From Schizochytrium sp. TIO01 (lineage: Eukaryota > Protista > Bigyra: Labyrinthulomycetes), in assembly GCA_004764695.1 (NCBI GenBank), contig SMSO01000004.1:2108001-2172000 (forward strand): a stretch of DNA of 64,000 bases, in the 5' to 3' direction. Numbering within the stretch: position 1 is the stretch's first letter; the number at the start of each line of letters is the position of its first letter. Position numbers and translations under genes: made by a program. Positions 12,101 to 19,851 of the stretch are shown one piece after another. The notes under the pieces were generated by a model. It was not told where the DNA came from, made no database searches, and saw only the letters and a program-made list of their open reading frames with translations.

Positions 12101-14977
12101 CAAGCAGAAGCTGGCCGTGAAAATGTGCTTGCTCAACGCGCTTTCAAGAAGCTAGAACGCCTTGATGCTCATCAACGAGGGACCGTGCATCGCTTATTCC
12201 CGGGTGAAGCAGCTTCGTTTGGTTGGGATACTATCAATGTGCAAGAGTTGTTAGTTGTTCTCTCTTTTTGTGGCGACACTCAATTTTTCACCTGTTCTTT
12301 TGATGATCTCAATCAAGAGGCGCATTTGCAATTTGCTGGTGGTGCAACATTGGTAGCGACAACATATTTTGACGGGCGAAGCAAAGTGCTCCGTCTCATT
12401 GACGAAGATAAATTAGACGCGTATAATCGCAGCACGGGCTCGGCTATCCTGCCTCGAGGTGTGCAACCCTCAGAACCTCGTAACTCGCTGATGATTCAGA
12501 TCTGCTTAGCTGGCGTAGGCTTCTCCATGGTCGATGCTCGACCAGAAGAGGTTGCCTACATTACCGCAGCTGGTGTGGGAATCGATGTTATGCAGCATCC
12601 GAATGCAGATCAAACTGTAGAAGTAGTTATTACTCATCTGCAAGTGGATAATCAACTCTTACAAGCCCGTCTACCCATTGTAATGGCACCTGTACCTCGC
12701 AGTTTAGGCTTGATGACTGAGAATGCAGCAAATGTTGATCCCGAAACTGTGCCACCATTTCTTCACTTCAGTGTTGTAGAACGTAAAGCACTTGGATCTC
12801 ATGAAAGTCGGTATCTTGAATATGTGGGTTTAAGTCTTGCCGAGTTCACTATAACTGTAGAAATGATCTGGGCTCTACGCATGGCTCGCTTCGCTTCGGA
12901 GATAAGTACTCTTCGCCAAACGAGTATGGAACTTGCTCTCTTTTACCAAGGTCAAGGGCGGGGGCAGGTTGCGTTTACTGATCATGACTCTGTTCACGAT
13001 TCTGCGGCGCTGGATCGCTGGATTCGTGAGCAAAATCAAGCGCTCCTAAATCCTTCGGTAGATACAAGTGTTGATGTGGATAATATCGAGGGCCAAGCAT
13101 TCGTCATCGAGACTGATCCAACAGGTGGTAGGAGAGCACTCGACCAGCATGAGGATAGTGCTGAGGAACAGCAAACAACAAAAATACATTCAAAAGAAAG
13201 AGGAAGCGAAATTCGAGAGCAGCGACCTGGTTTGGGACTAGAAAAGTCGTCCACCAGCTTTCGGACGCGTCGCAAGACATGGTATATCGAATGGTTGGAG
13301 ATGCACCCAATAAAGGCTCAACTCAACTTACAAAACCTCGTTGAGGATCCTTTGCCAAGACTCCAGTTTACTGGCGTGCAAGCTGGACCTGCAGGCGGAA
13401 AATCACCCTCCTTTGATGCCCAAGGGTTGATTGCGGCATTACCAATTGGTTTGTTTGATGTTGAAAATGCGATGATTTTCCTGAGTGCCATGTTTTTACA
13501 TAATGTGCTCTTAACAGGTGCACAAGTGAAGTCGCGAATTACAAGACATTTTACAAGCCAAGCTTTGAGTCAGTTGTATCGAGTAATCTTTGCATCTGAG
13601 CTTTTAGGAAATCCTATTGGTTTGGTGAGTAATCTTGGAACAGGACTTCGTGACTTGTTTTACGAACCTGCACAAGGAATTGTGCAGTCACCGGAAGCGT
13701 TTGGAGCTGGCCTTGCGCGAGGTACGACCTCGTTTGTTCATCGCACAGCAGTAGGCACCTTTGACTCAGTATCAAAGCTGAGTACTTCAATTAGCTCTGG
13801 TGTTGCTTTATTGTCTATGGACCCGCGGTACCTTATGGCTCGGCGTGCGGCTTTGATTGATGAGCGTCCTCGAAATCTTGGTGATGGTTTCCTTCTGGGG
13901 GCTAAGAGCTTAGGTCTTGGTTTATCCAATGGTATCACCGGCATCGTCACTGAGCCTATCCGTGGTGCTGAAGAAGAAGGCGTCGAGGGATTTTTCAAAG
14001 GTGTTGGAATTGGTTTGTTAGGCATTGCTATTAAACCCACTGTCGGGGCCCTGGATATGATTGGGCGTTTTCTAGCTGGTATCAAAAGCACAGCAAGCTT
14101 ACTTGACATGAGCGAAAAGCCTTCGAGGCAACGCTTACCTCGTGTCATGCACGGCCACATAAAACAAATCAAGGTGTACGATAGTTCAGCGGCATTTGTA
14201 CAATCGCTCATGGCGTCAGTGTGGGGGGAAGGTGCCTCAGACTATTTTCACCACCTCCCTTTACCTGGCAATTTGCTGCTAGTCACCGCTGGCTACGGCG
14301 TAGGATGCATCGACTATTCAAGCTTTGTGATCAAAGAGGGGAACAGTGCTGGGCATGTATCTACTCCTGGGTCGCCAGGTGGAGAGGATCGGAAGGCAGT
14401 TCTGCTTTGGCGAGTAGACACTCGTATGATTCTTGGCATGGTGCAAACGGAGGGTCAAGACAATAGCTCTTCACTGCTAGTTCGAGTATCTGATCAGTAC
14501 GGCATTTCATTTGTTTCAGGTGCTTTGGTGAATGTTCGTGTGTCAAATCAAGTCAGTGAGCTAGTTCTGCGAGGCAAGCGGTCAACATTAGAGGCAATCC
14601 AAGGAGAGCTTGCTAAGGCTATGTCTGTGCAGCTTTCTGAATTGCGCGTAGAGGGTCGACCCGAGAGAGCCGAGTTTGGAATAACTCTTTCCCCTGTGCC
14701 AAACACCCAGACTCATGCTGCAGCTTTGCATGCAGTACGCGAGTTTGGCTCCCATTTGGGCATTGGTTTAGTTACAAGGGTGATGCGCGGATCTTTAGCT
14801 CATCAGTTAGAAATTGAACCTGGCGACTACCTTGTTGCACTTGGTGGCTCCTCTCTCAGTGCAGATGAGTATGGCGATGCCTTAGCTGATGCAGTCGCTG
14901 ACTTACCAAGCCCTTCAGCTCTTGAGATCGTCCTTTGGAGACGAGGGCGGTGGCTTTTCAAGCGCATCCCCTTGTGA
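3110..14977 (+). CDS. VPS13: VPS13-family bridge-like lipid transfer protein with Tudor-like insert and C-terminal PDZ-like domain
   Basis: Chorein-N start (YFGEFLESINKEQLKVGVLKGRVVLRNL; VPWAKLG), WEPLVEPW, VAB/SHR-BD repeats (TKIVTFVPRFLVIN; YRIENAS), LQVDNQL, LGNPIGLV..GLRDLFYEP, and a Gly-rich ATG2_C-like region. Single 3955-aa ORF. Confidence 0.95.
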   Translation: MLGLDSVLLRVLEVYFGEFLESINKEQLKVGVLKGRVVLRNLRLRKGIRILPGDVPVVTRDGSIAELSLKVPWAKLGSEAVVLRVAGIRIELEPCAEDPGRDAAARKRAQERKLGRLEAAEIVALQLEASNTELEQQQSQQNQQHNQEIQLQDTEYPSPTIESLGSRTKSATKDSNNDDEDGSDGRDTDPGFQNEDEDTDKEDNGNEQASDTSSSVAEIAHVNINEARMPTTTANDASAVIPEALGVRAQKLVEQEDALHGSSQPQKALGSRSRLFFRRKSTTSSHEGGNEDQHAKSKEGSRKHKKKTFRAKLLQRIFANLQVHIEDLHVAYIDEVTVPAPGERCEFRVQELHLGTVDAHGRPTFHTPGSSQGILGEIVSRALYAKSVSFHVQNNVIFGPCDWSVHILQCKDEVASARLGAKISAKVQVESLPCSVSAPNVQSLLSLARPFTARQEVLFLLAKRQARPTQTPKQNPRAWWTYACSMVRSALPAQPKKFNVVHAFKCRSLYITLYQEKLEFLESERTVPAELSQELQVLELELDADSVLLFRLFALRERHLSLKVGGEDSFSEPSPRENSNPSTLQELEPSQTEISQGQPGPPQLAGASTVAVESSPALNNTLQQDISKKSAKRSFRLSSSFKRSLKVVTRSLSKSSSKKGFDTTPSPREALEREQYNTHEFYGHDHRAKSKNFASKGVFVWPTCAQQILYEEITSDSLNDPSFAAFRTGWVRKGVSANSIKDLQALLRIGHFQIELFEDVLREQPCTVLTGASLNLEASTSSETMSKQISFGLSQFHIMSSWDGGMCLQLDHLHDLDDFHAYCDDTFARIAAIQSEANHHVQAKSKSSRRRSSHRRLSGGSLQSILRAATGGGGGGYPSSGPEGFGGAMSSGSFYASAQDSSDEPPSPPSGDTLFGAAIDPLPAFGTSFSSAKSLMTFYQSPEKVKGEVRIPHTQFHVQAQLMEWLRKALTAPHDTDQTRALMRAATKRVRANTNAGTQSSSLRAPSKEISLDLDIPHLKILFYSLDVNKHAMQTSLTKGNTPSWIVMVLLQGLKIQSENKQQTLVDGSEEIETPTPVSPGTSGLSPHQMNLSSFQIFTNGTTNHQTVLLQIKNLHVPMDQATGISFTFEHPHVVLSPTSIKAIDSVRQILMGTGGSSKHHAHAQDFTPDQKQTMYSKTDMRNDWPVKVNIGSFSFKLEDEKHECLIDFSMDDFYFEWCSKSKNISVSIANAALLDVQANGDGEFATILHLPEGCHLKYTTSPKLLDFDCLRLFLAWNHTLPGRLVQFRDQALAGREETKMLQSSAPELTHVEQKDSLENDWKDDERKSLKSSKTSLGLNIGIQELIVELREEALERGLLRLTGQTIIQRDPGQKVMHIIIPQPHLQSAMQPENLEVDLWRPYRPEGSVDMSDSDYTGVIECFIWAPEGSRIHIRNIEIMHFHAEFKELVDYVEYGLSKPLNQLKFLRHKQARVESIGHSSRKAKSHHKAGQPKPPFSIIFHNCVMTLSASRCVEQYAEKRAQLELRSSSCAFVLDRTQSPTQIFDITMEDFGMGTMDLSEGGQFDAILAKDMHRTVKCRWTRSKFTDEEAKFRRMLFVKGIDGIRSWFGNPSGQGFRNHLMWDLGTDPLVLNLSHRQYCLFNIVLSENFTDWRSQPHVCNNLDSKVASTCFCKHLATEEQILETQHTYRFPPSTEFHLRYTDSLFYVYSIRLQNLTYQITDHLRYGRHTKFDMASLTIFLRRAEANAPFFELLKLPGTIVNIERDKSRETSMTVEVTDKVFAVADRGGLQQLFFFFEGDQAERQRLGIPVEYGFDPLIHRRAKNTSRFFNLPNLKLRLCTEEDPYAMLLEASLQTRTGKTAQQLRSTEITFIVQSGHFPVMKCWNLLESPVKIHFHATKIAEGDQFQRRINVSVSEIQLLLPLHALHMLKTTWGDWAKNIYTAGMGQLRITKRSHYQRHAIPHTLAQGVFQLDGLQVLTVDDSNPEAGASPLVAIVSSPMVIREVVETLAVSGRRIATYEGDFTDVVASGNSIINDHLWCNSKVRQGITLAYYNLSIAKWEPLVEPWSWEWTLQRTSNAVQKVPTVIAFQLQGPKFLLANISLQALRSLFWLMACAKNPKFTEKFYQLGSTSDGRVLSQHALTIENQSGMTMIVQGQDARGVRRVKDRETISIDHEVHRLSLDWIESESDLSPWYCLEGIPVRTVGAFVFILYPREQPEDHAGDQESSMATRVCIDVRAQGARMHVRVSSVFEIRNESVYSMDLLLVPTMDPITQHQSNRSARLIEGLQPGKGMHIPINASMCTLTLKPQRGALDWWEGIELGTVEALTGKAKRSYYTEVRCEELQDLSSPSGSQDPSTSASTSTGVFAACLAIKPWQSSNRIRQRHLYTMTLTSNVTVVNLLSVDLQFAIQGGEAVTPDRIQIESVAAGAQGGIYGWPVIAKNRLLRLRIDNTQWSTTQFKIDEPITEPQSVVVLDDSGKQVRLMYEIRRPGGSRAIISVFSKAWFLNRTGLSLSFKSGNIHLLESATRALELGDRGQRRPAILSLGSVYRHGEAIHVRSSAGWLPGIIYQVNQARKTYDILFNSGELELDVPASRIRASNTTDQIGPESAQDGIWDNDALTDDGEEEEEEEEEEEEEDKDSTEDQADIQRPVDTIRKKAPSYNNEESTPRSVSSTTSRNGDEDTASEDESNSESDATVDNARNLQEGPLSRSGETNKIRGEMRLSTSGQTSQHFQESKPYQELLHGEDKSGLGGVMLFSESSTISLRIAQSMWSSPFSLDSVGTQGSIQLPINMQRESMGNSWCQEIGVQVGLAPSKFRRTKIVTFVPRFLVINELDVDVIVSQSSSNSLGTPIEATRLSVESGREKSLSILRRKGSEAIYLCMTVKNSASNQEFTWSAAFNPAVERTTAIKVRNLSSGHILVVSLQVVARGACHVIRLASADSLSDELVYRIENASSQLVHFFQDVGQPVLDEQGAAYYAAARLEQESAQAAAQAEAGRENVLAQRAFKKLERLDAHQRGTVHRLFPGEAASFGWDTINVQELLVVLSFCGDTQFFTCSFDDLNQEAHLQFAGGATLVATTYFDGRSKVLRLIDEDKLDAYNRSTGSAILPRGVQPSEPRNSLMIQICLAGVGFSMVDARPEEVAYITAAGVGIDVMQHPNADQTVEVVITHLQVDNQLLQARLPIVMAPVPRSLGLMTENAANVDPETVPPFLHFSVVERKALGSHESRYLEYVGLSLAEFTITVEMIWALRMARFASEISTLRQTSMELALFYQGQGRGQVAFTDHDSVHDSAALDRWIREQNQALLNPSVDTSVDVDNIEGQAFVIETDPTGGRRALDQHEDSAEEQQTTKIHSKERGSEIREQRPGLGLEKSSTSFRTRRKTWYIEWLEMHPIKAQLNLQNLVEDPLPRLQFTGVQAGPAGGKSPSFDAQGLIAALPIGLFDVENAMIFLSAMFLHNVLLTGAQVKSRITRHFTSQALSQLYRVIFASELLGNPIGLVSNLGTGLRDLFYEPAQGIVQSPEAFGAGLARGTTSFVHRTAVGTFDSVSKLSTSISSGVALLSMDPRYLMARRAALIDERPRNLGDGFLLGAKSLGLGLSNGITGIVTEPIRGAEEEGVEGFFKGVGIGLLGIAIKPTVGALDMIGRFLAGIKSTASLLDMSEKPSRQRLPRVMHGHIKQIKVYDSSAAFVQSLMASVWGEGASDYFHHLPLPGNLLLVTAGYGVGCIDYSSFVIKEGNSAGHVSTPGSPGGEDRKAVLLWRVDTRMILGMVQTEGQDNSSSLLVRVSDQYGISFVSGALVNVRVSNQVSELVLRGKRSTLEAIQGELAKAMSVQLSELRVEGRPERAEFGITLSPVPNTQTHAAALHAVREFGSHLGIGLVTRVMRGSLAHQLEIEPGDYLVALGGSSLSADEYGDALADAVADLPSPSALEIVLWRRGRWLFKRIPL
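10991..11029 (+). repeat. (GAA)13 coding microsatellite (poly-Glu) in VPS13
   Basis: Direct read. Confidence 0.95.
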
Positions 14978-15683
14978 TTTCCCCTGTATTTCGTGAGCCA
15001 ATTATTGAAACCCTTGTTATCGCGTCATGAAATTTTAATTGGCAAGATCTCGATGGCGAGGCTACAACAGCACTATCGATAGCTGAATACTATTAGTTTA
15101 TGTTTTTATTCTTGTTATTGTTGTTCTATTAAGAGAAGCGTTGCAACAGAAGGGGGGATGCTATTTGTATCTCGAAAGCCATGTGCCAGAGTGTCCAATT
15201 ACAGCTACTGGGCACATGTAGTGTAGCCAATGAGAAAGAGTTGACACAGTCAATACATTGAAAAAAAAAAATAAGTCGCAACTGTTGTTTATGAAAAGAG
15301 ATCAGGGATCGCATGTGACACAAAGGCCAAGGAGTGGTAGGGTTTTGATTGATATGGTTTGTTGTGTTTGTTGTGGTGGTACGAAGAAGACATGGCAAAG
15401 GTGCGTATGCACCCTGTTTATGTCCTGAGCTTGCACCAGATAGGGGTTTTGGCAGATGCCGATGTGGCGAAACTCGTTGAAAATGACGAGGGAATTTCGC
15501 TACACGATGAGGAATGGAGGTGTTATTGTTAGTGATGATGTTATTGTCGTTGTCGTCAAAGACGCCAGGGTGCAAAGACAGTGGAATGAATCATAGTACT
15601 CGCAGTAGCCGAAGAAACAAGTGTCTTGGTGCCTCCAGCGTACGCGTTCATGCTTGCATTAAGATGTGGATGCACAGACGAAT

Positions 15684-16130
15684 TTAGGTGAACTTGGGCT
15701 GGATCTCCTGAACCTTCTTGAGCAAGTCATTGTACAGTTCGGCGTGCTCCCAGTCCTTGTCCTCACCAGGGACAACCATGATGCAGCTGGTAGGGCGCTT
15801 GGTGGAGCCGGCACCGCCAAGCTCGGCTTTGCTGGGCACGAAAACGTAGGGCACGTCGTTCTCCTCGCACATGACGGGGAGGTGGCTGATGACGTCGATG
15901 GGAGAAATGTCTCCAGCCAAAACGCAGACACCCTTCTGCTTCTTGCGAAGAGCCTTCTGCACCTCCTTGACACCTCGTCGGATCTTCTTGCCCTTGGAGG
16001 CCTTCTTCACGAGCTTGAGGGTCTTCTTGAGCAGCTTCTCCTCAGCCAAAGGGTTGGCAATAACCGAGAGACCAGAGGCAGACCGCACGGGCTTGCCAAA
16101 GGCTGTCTTGCGCACAGTAGACTTGCCCAT
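15684..16130 (-). CDS. NHP2: H/ACA ribonucleoprotein subunit 2 (L7Ae family)
   Basis: IANPLA..KL, RRGVKEVQKALRK, LAGDISPIDVISHLPVMCEE..VPY, LG.A..TKRPTS. First ATG (MGKS) at 16130, 148 aa. Confidence 0.95.
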   Translation of the reverse strand: MGKSTVRKTAFGKPVRSASGLSVIANPLAEEKLLKKTLKLVKKASKGKKIRRGVKEVQKALRKKQKGVCVLAGDISPIDVISHLPVMCEENDVPYVFVPSKAELGGAGSTKRPTSCIMVVPGEDKDWEHAELYNDLLKKVQEIQPKFT

Positions 16131-18945
16131 CCTGGAATATAAATGTGTAGAACCTCGCAAGTTTGCCGCGACCTCTGCTCGCAAACTGCTTTGCCTTCGC
16201 TTTAACTCTGATCACGAATTGATCGAGACAGCCAAACAATCACCAGCTATTTATCTACCCATCCATGCCTAAGCATCGCTACCACTCCCCTACCCTTCCC
16301 TAACACCACTACGACTCCTCAAAAGCAATCAATTCTTTATCACTCATTCATTCATTCTTTCTTCAAATACTCACATCAGCGACTGTCCACGGCCACCCGC
16401 TCAATGTTCCAGGAGTTACTGTACTTTTATCTGACACCAACACTCTGGGTACTATTAGTAGGACTATCGATACAGGAAATAGTAATAGGTACAGAGATAG
16501 AAGGTGCTAGGGGGTTGGTTGTAAGTTGGGGACAGTGTGCAAATGACGATACAAGAAATTGAGATTTTGCCCAAGCTAAAAGGTTTTAACTCATTATGCC
16601 TGACTAGAGGGAGTGAAGTTGATACCATGATACGTACCTACGTACCAAGTTTTATTGATTCTGTTTCTTGGTGATGAGATATCATGAGGGAAAGGTCCAT
16701 ACAGGTACTGTTGAAATCCTGAGTTATTTACGTGGGAACAGGGCAAATCGCAAATTAAGCTATATAACTTGGGCTGGGAAGCTCACGTGGCCCGATCCGT
16801 TGGGTTTTTTGTTGGCGGGTTGGCTCTGGTCATTGTTGCTGTTGTTACTGCTGTCATGGCTGTTACTGTTACTGATCTTGATCTTGTTCTTGTTCTTGTT
16901 GAAATTGTTTTTGTTAATACTGTATGAGAAGGACGAAGCGTACATGAGTGAATCCTGCTATTGCCTGCACGATCTGCGGTTGTACTACAACCAAAGACAT
17001 CTGCGCGCGTGATTTTGTCATTCTCTAAACCATCAACATTTCCATTCCATTTGCTATTGTTGGTGTACTTTATTATTCAAAGAAAGAAGAACAAAAACAA
17101 GAAATCACCAAAAATCGTCTTGCGGAGCTCTGGAGACCCATACGGAGAGTGATCGCATTGTTTCCCCCCCCTGACGGCAAGTTTCCTGATCAGTTGAACG
17201 AACCAAATTCATGAATTCGATTTAATTTTAAATTTATGACACGTACAAGCAAATACCGACCTAGGACGAAAGAAGGTAGCTAAAGAAAATTAAATTTTGA
17301 TCAGTTGCTGCTGAGGACACTGTTCACCTAATTTGATCAACCGGCAAGCTTGCATGGATCACGTATAGCGGACTCGCAGTATGACCGCCCAATCATGCAT
17401 AGGGAGTAAGATATTACTAACGAAATTTGTTTTTTTATGAGGATATGGGGATATTCACAGCACAGCTTTCGTTGAGCGCTAAGCTTGTGACATATCAATT
17501 TGCAACACACCCAGATCACTCAATGTAATAATTTGTCTTGCTCTCTTCTACAGTATTTTGGGTGTCAAACTATAGACATGTAGCTGAGGCGATCTCTAGT
17601 AATTTCGATGGAGTCCCTGAACTCCAAGTGAAAACGTACGAGAACGCATTTCGCACGGCCTCGGGCTTTACACTCGCCATAAATTGGAGTAGCGTGTTGA
17701 TCTTGAAGGAATCTCATTCGGGCATGCGCCAAAAGGCCCCTTGTACATATGAACCGTAGGTGGACGCTATTGATGTGATCTGCCCAGGTACTTGACCGAC
17801 GGGTGGATATTCTCCTCCCAATCCTCATGCCTCCGACATCGTCATCAGCCGGGTCTGGTATCGGAATTACTTCGACCACGATAGTGCCACTCACACTTGC
17901 CAGTTGTTGTGTCAAGTAATTCTTCTTTCAATTTAGAACAGTTATCAAGTTAAAGCAAAACCTTCCAAGGTGAGAACAGAATTAACTCACAATCTTGGGA
18001 CAGCAGAGCGGAATTCATCGTACACGAATACTGTTAATCTAGCTGATCACGACTCACCAGAGGATATAACTAGCAATCTTTTCACTTTCACCTGAGTAAA
18101 TTGCGATAGATGAGAGTAGTTAAGGCAAAAACGGTGTTGCATGCTTGATATAGTAGCTTCTGAGGCTAAGTTTTTATTCTAGCTGGAATCGTGTTAACTG
18201 TTCTTGTGACGAAATTGTTAGTCCATTAGCGATGCAAAAAATGAGATTTCAGCACTCGTGCATTTTAGATTCGTATATTTCAGCATCCTAGTTGCTATCT
18301 GACGATAGCAATGAATTCGTCGCTCTCACACACCTCGACATGAGTATTGGATAAGATGACCATCGTCGAATGAATGAGTAGGCACCGAAAGAATGTAAGA
18401 GGACGTGCTGAGCGATTGTGCGCAAGCTCTTCCGGTGAATTTCGAAACCGCAGTGCTCCAGGCCATCATTGTCAAGAGTGCGTAAAATGGGTGAGTTGTT
18501 TGTGGGAAATATATATTTGTTTTCATATTTTGCGTAGGTTGCAATTACACAGCACATGGTGGAGTGTTGCGAGGGATTTTTAAGATTTTATAGTATAAAT
18601 TGTAATGAGAACATCTGTCCCTCGTACTAACAAAGAACCTCCGGTACTAGCCAATGTCTAGGACGAACAGACACGCACAAGGCTAGTCCCTAACGAGGAA
18701 GCTACGAGCAGGCGAGGTTATTTTTGTTTGTTTTCTTGTATATAATGCCGTAATGAGCCATTTTACCAGATACGAGAAAGCCATATATTCAAAACAATCA
18801 TTCACACATTGGAAAAGCTGCGGTGGGCTGTAGATACAAACCTTAAAACTGTTTTTGGTATATGTTGTATGTGAGAGAAGGGTTCAGGTCTATGTTCTCG
18901 ATTGCTGGCAAACGTGACCAAACGTATCTTTGGGCTAATAGAGAT

Positions 18946-19851
18946 TTACCGAAAACAGCTCACATTAGCTTGCTTCTCTTTGTTATAAACCGAGGCCGCA
19001 GTGGCGCCGAGTGAAGCGAGTTTGAGCTCGCGATCGTTATCAATTTCGTTCTCTGTAGCGCCAAGCATACCCACAGCCTTACGGCGGAGAATCTGCTCCT
19101 CGCTCATACCTGTAATCTTGGGAAGCTTCTCGGTGAGACCCTTCTTTTCGTATGCGCGGAGCAGGCGCTCTTTATCCTCAGGCTTACAAAAATGGGGGGA
19201 ACTCATATATAAGTCTTCCTCCGTAAGGCCCAGTCGGTTCAAGGCTTTAACGCGGAGGACTTGTTCTTCGTTTTCAATGCCTAGCATACGCATCGCCTTT
19301 TCTGACATGCCCTTGCCCGAGCCAGACTTGGGTGAAGATCCATCAGCCTCATCAAACATACCAAGCATCCGCAAGGCCTTCTCAGAGAAGTGCTTGGTGG
19401 AGCCAGGTGAGCCTTTAGGTGACGCCTGCTCTGCGTAGAGGCTTAAATTTTGCAAAGTCTCTGCAGGGGAGTCCTCCATTGTAAGGATCTTGGCAGGTTT
19501 CTGATCCTGGGGATCCTCTGCTAGTGAAGCCGATGCTTTCGTAGCTTCCTGGAGCGTGGCTCCGTCATTGCTCTCCACAATACTAGCTTCAGGGACCTCT
19601 ACATCAGCAGCATCTACTTCGGCATGCTCAATAGCTTCCGCGGTTTCCGCGGCTTCAATGGCCTCTTGCGGTGCCTCGTCCGGATCGGCAACGGCCGTGG
19701 AGGAGGCTACCTCTACATCCTCCATTTGGGTGTCACAACTAGTCACCGATGCAGGCACAGGCGGAGGAGGCACCAATGTTGTGTCTGGAGCTACAATTGG
19801 CACTACGTCCTCCATCTTCGAACTGCTTGCGGTGACGCTGGCGACAGACAT
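18946..19851 (-). CDS. Hypothetical protein: acidic disordered N-terminus plus repeated KAxxxLG motifs
   Basis: 301-aa ORF with coding-like composition. A probable 5'UTR intron at 19857-20184 (GTTAGC donor; ACTAA..CAG acceptor 5 nt before the ATG). Confidence 0.75.
   Translation of the reverse strand: MSVASVTASSSKMEDVVPIVAPDTTLVPPPPVPASVTSCDTQMEDVEVASSTAVADPDEAPQEAIEAAETAEAIEHAEVDAADVEVPEASIVESNDGATLQEATKASASLAEDPQDQKPAKILTMEDSPAETLQNLSLYAEQASPKGSPGSTKHFSEKALRMLGMFDEADGSSPKSGSGKGMSEKAMRMLGIENEEQVLRVKALNRLGLTEEDLYMSSPHFCKPEDKERLLRAYEKKGLTEKLPKITGMSEEQILRRKAVGMLGATENEIDNDRELKLASLGATAASVYNKEKQANVSCFR

Noticed and set aside
15378-15535. Short protein-like plus-strand frame (YEEDMAKVRMHPVYVLSLHQ) between VPS13 and NHP2
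   Set aside because: About 50 codons, with no recognisable family or supported exon structure.
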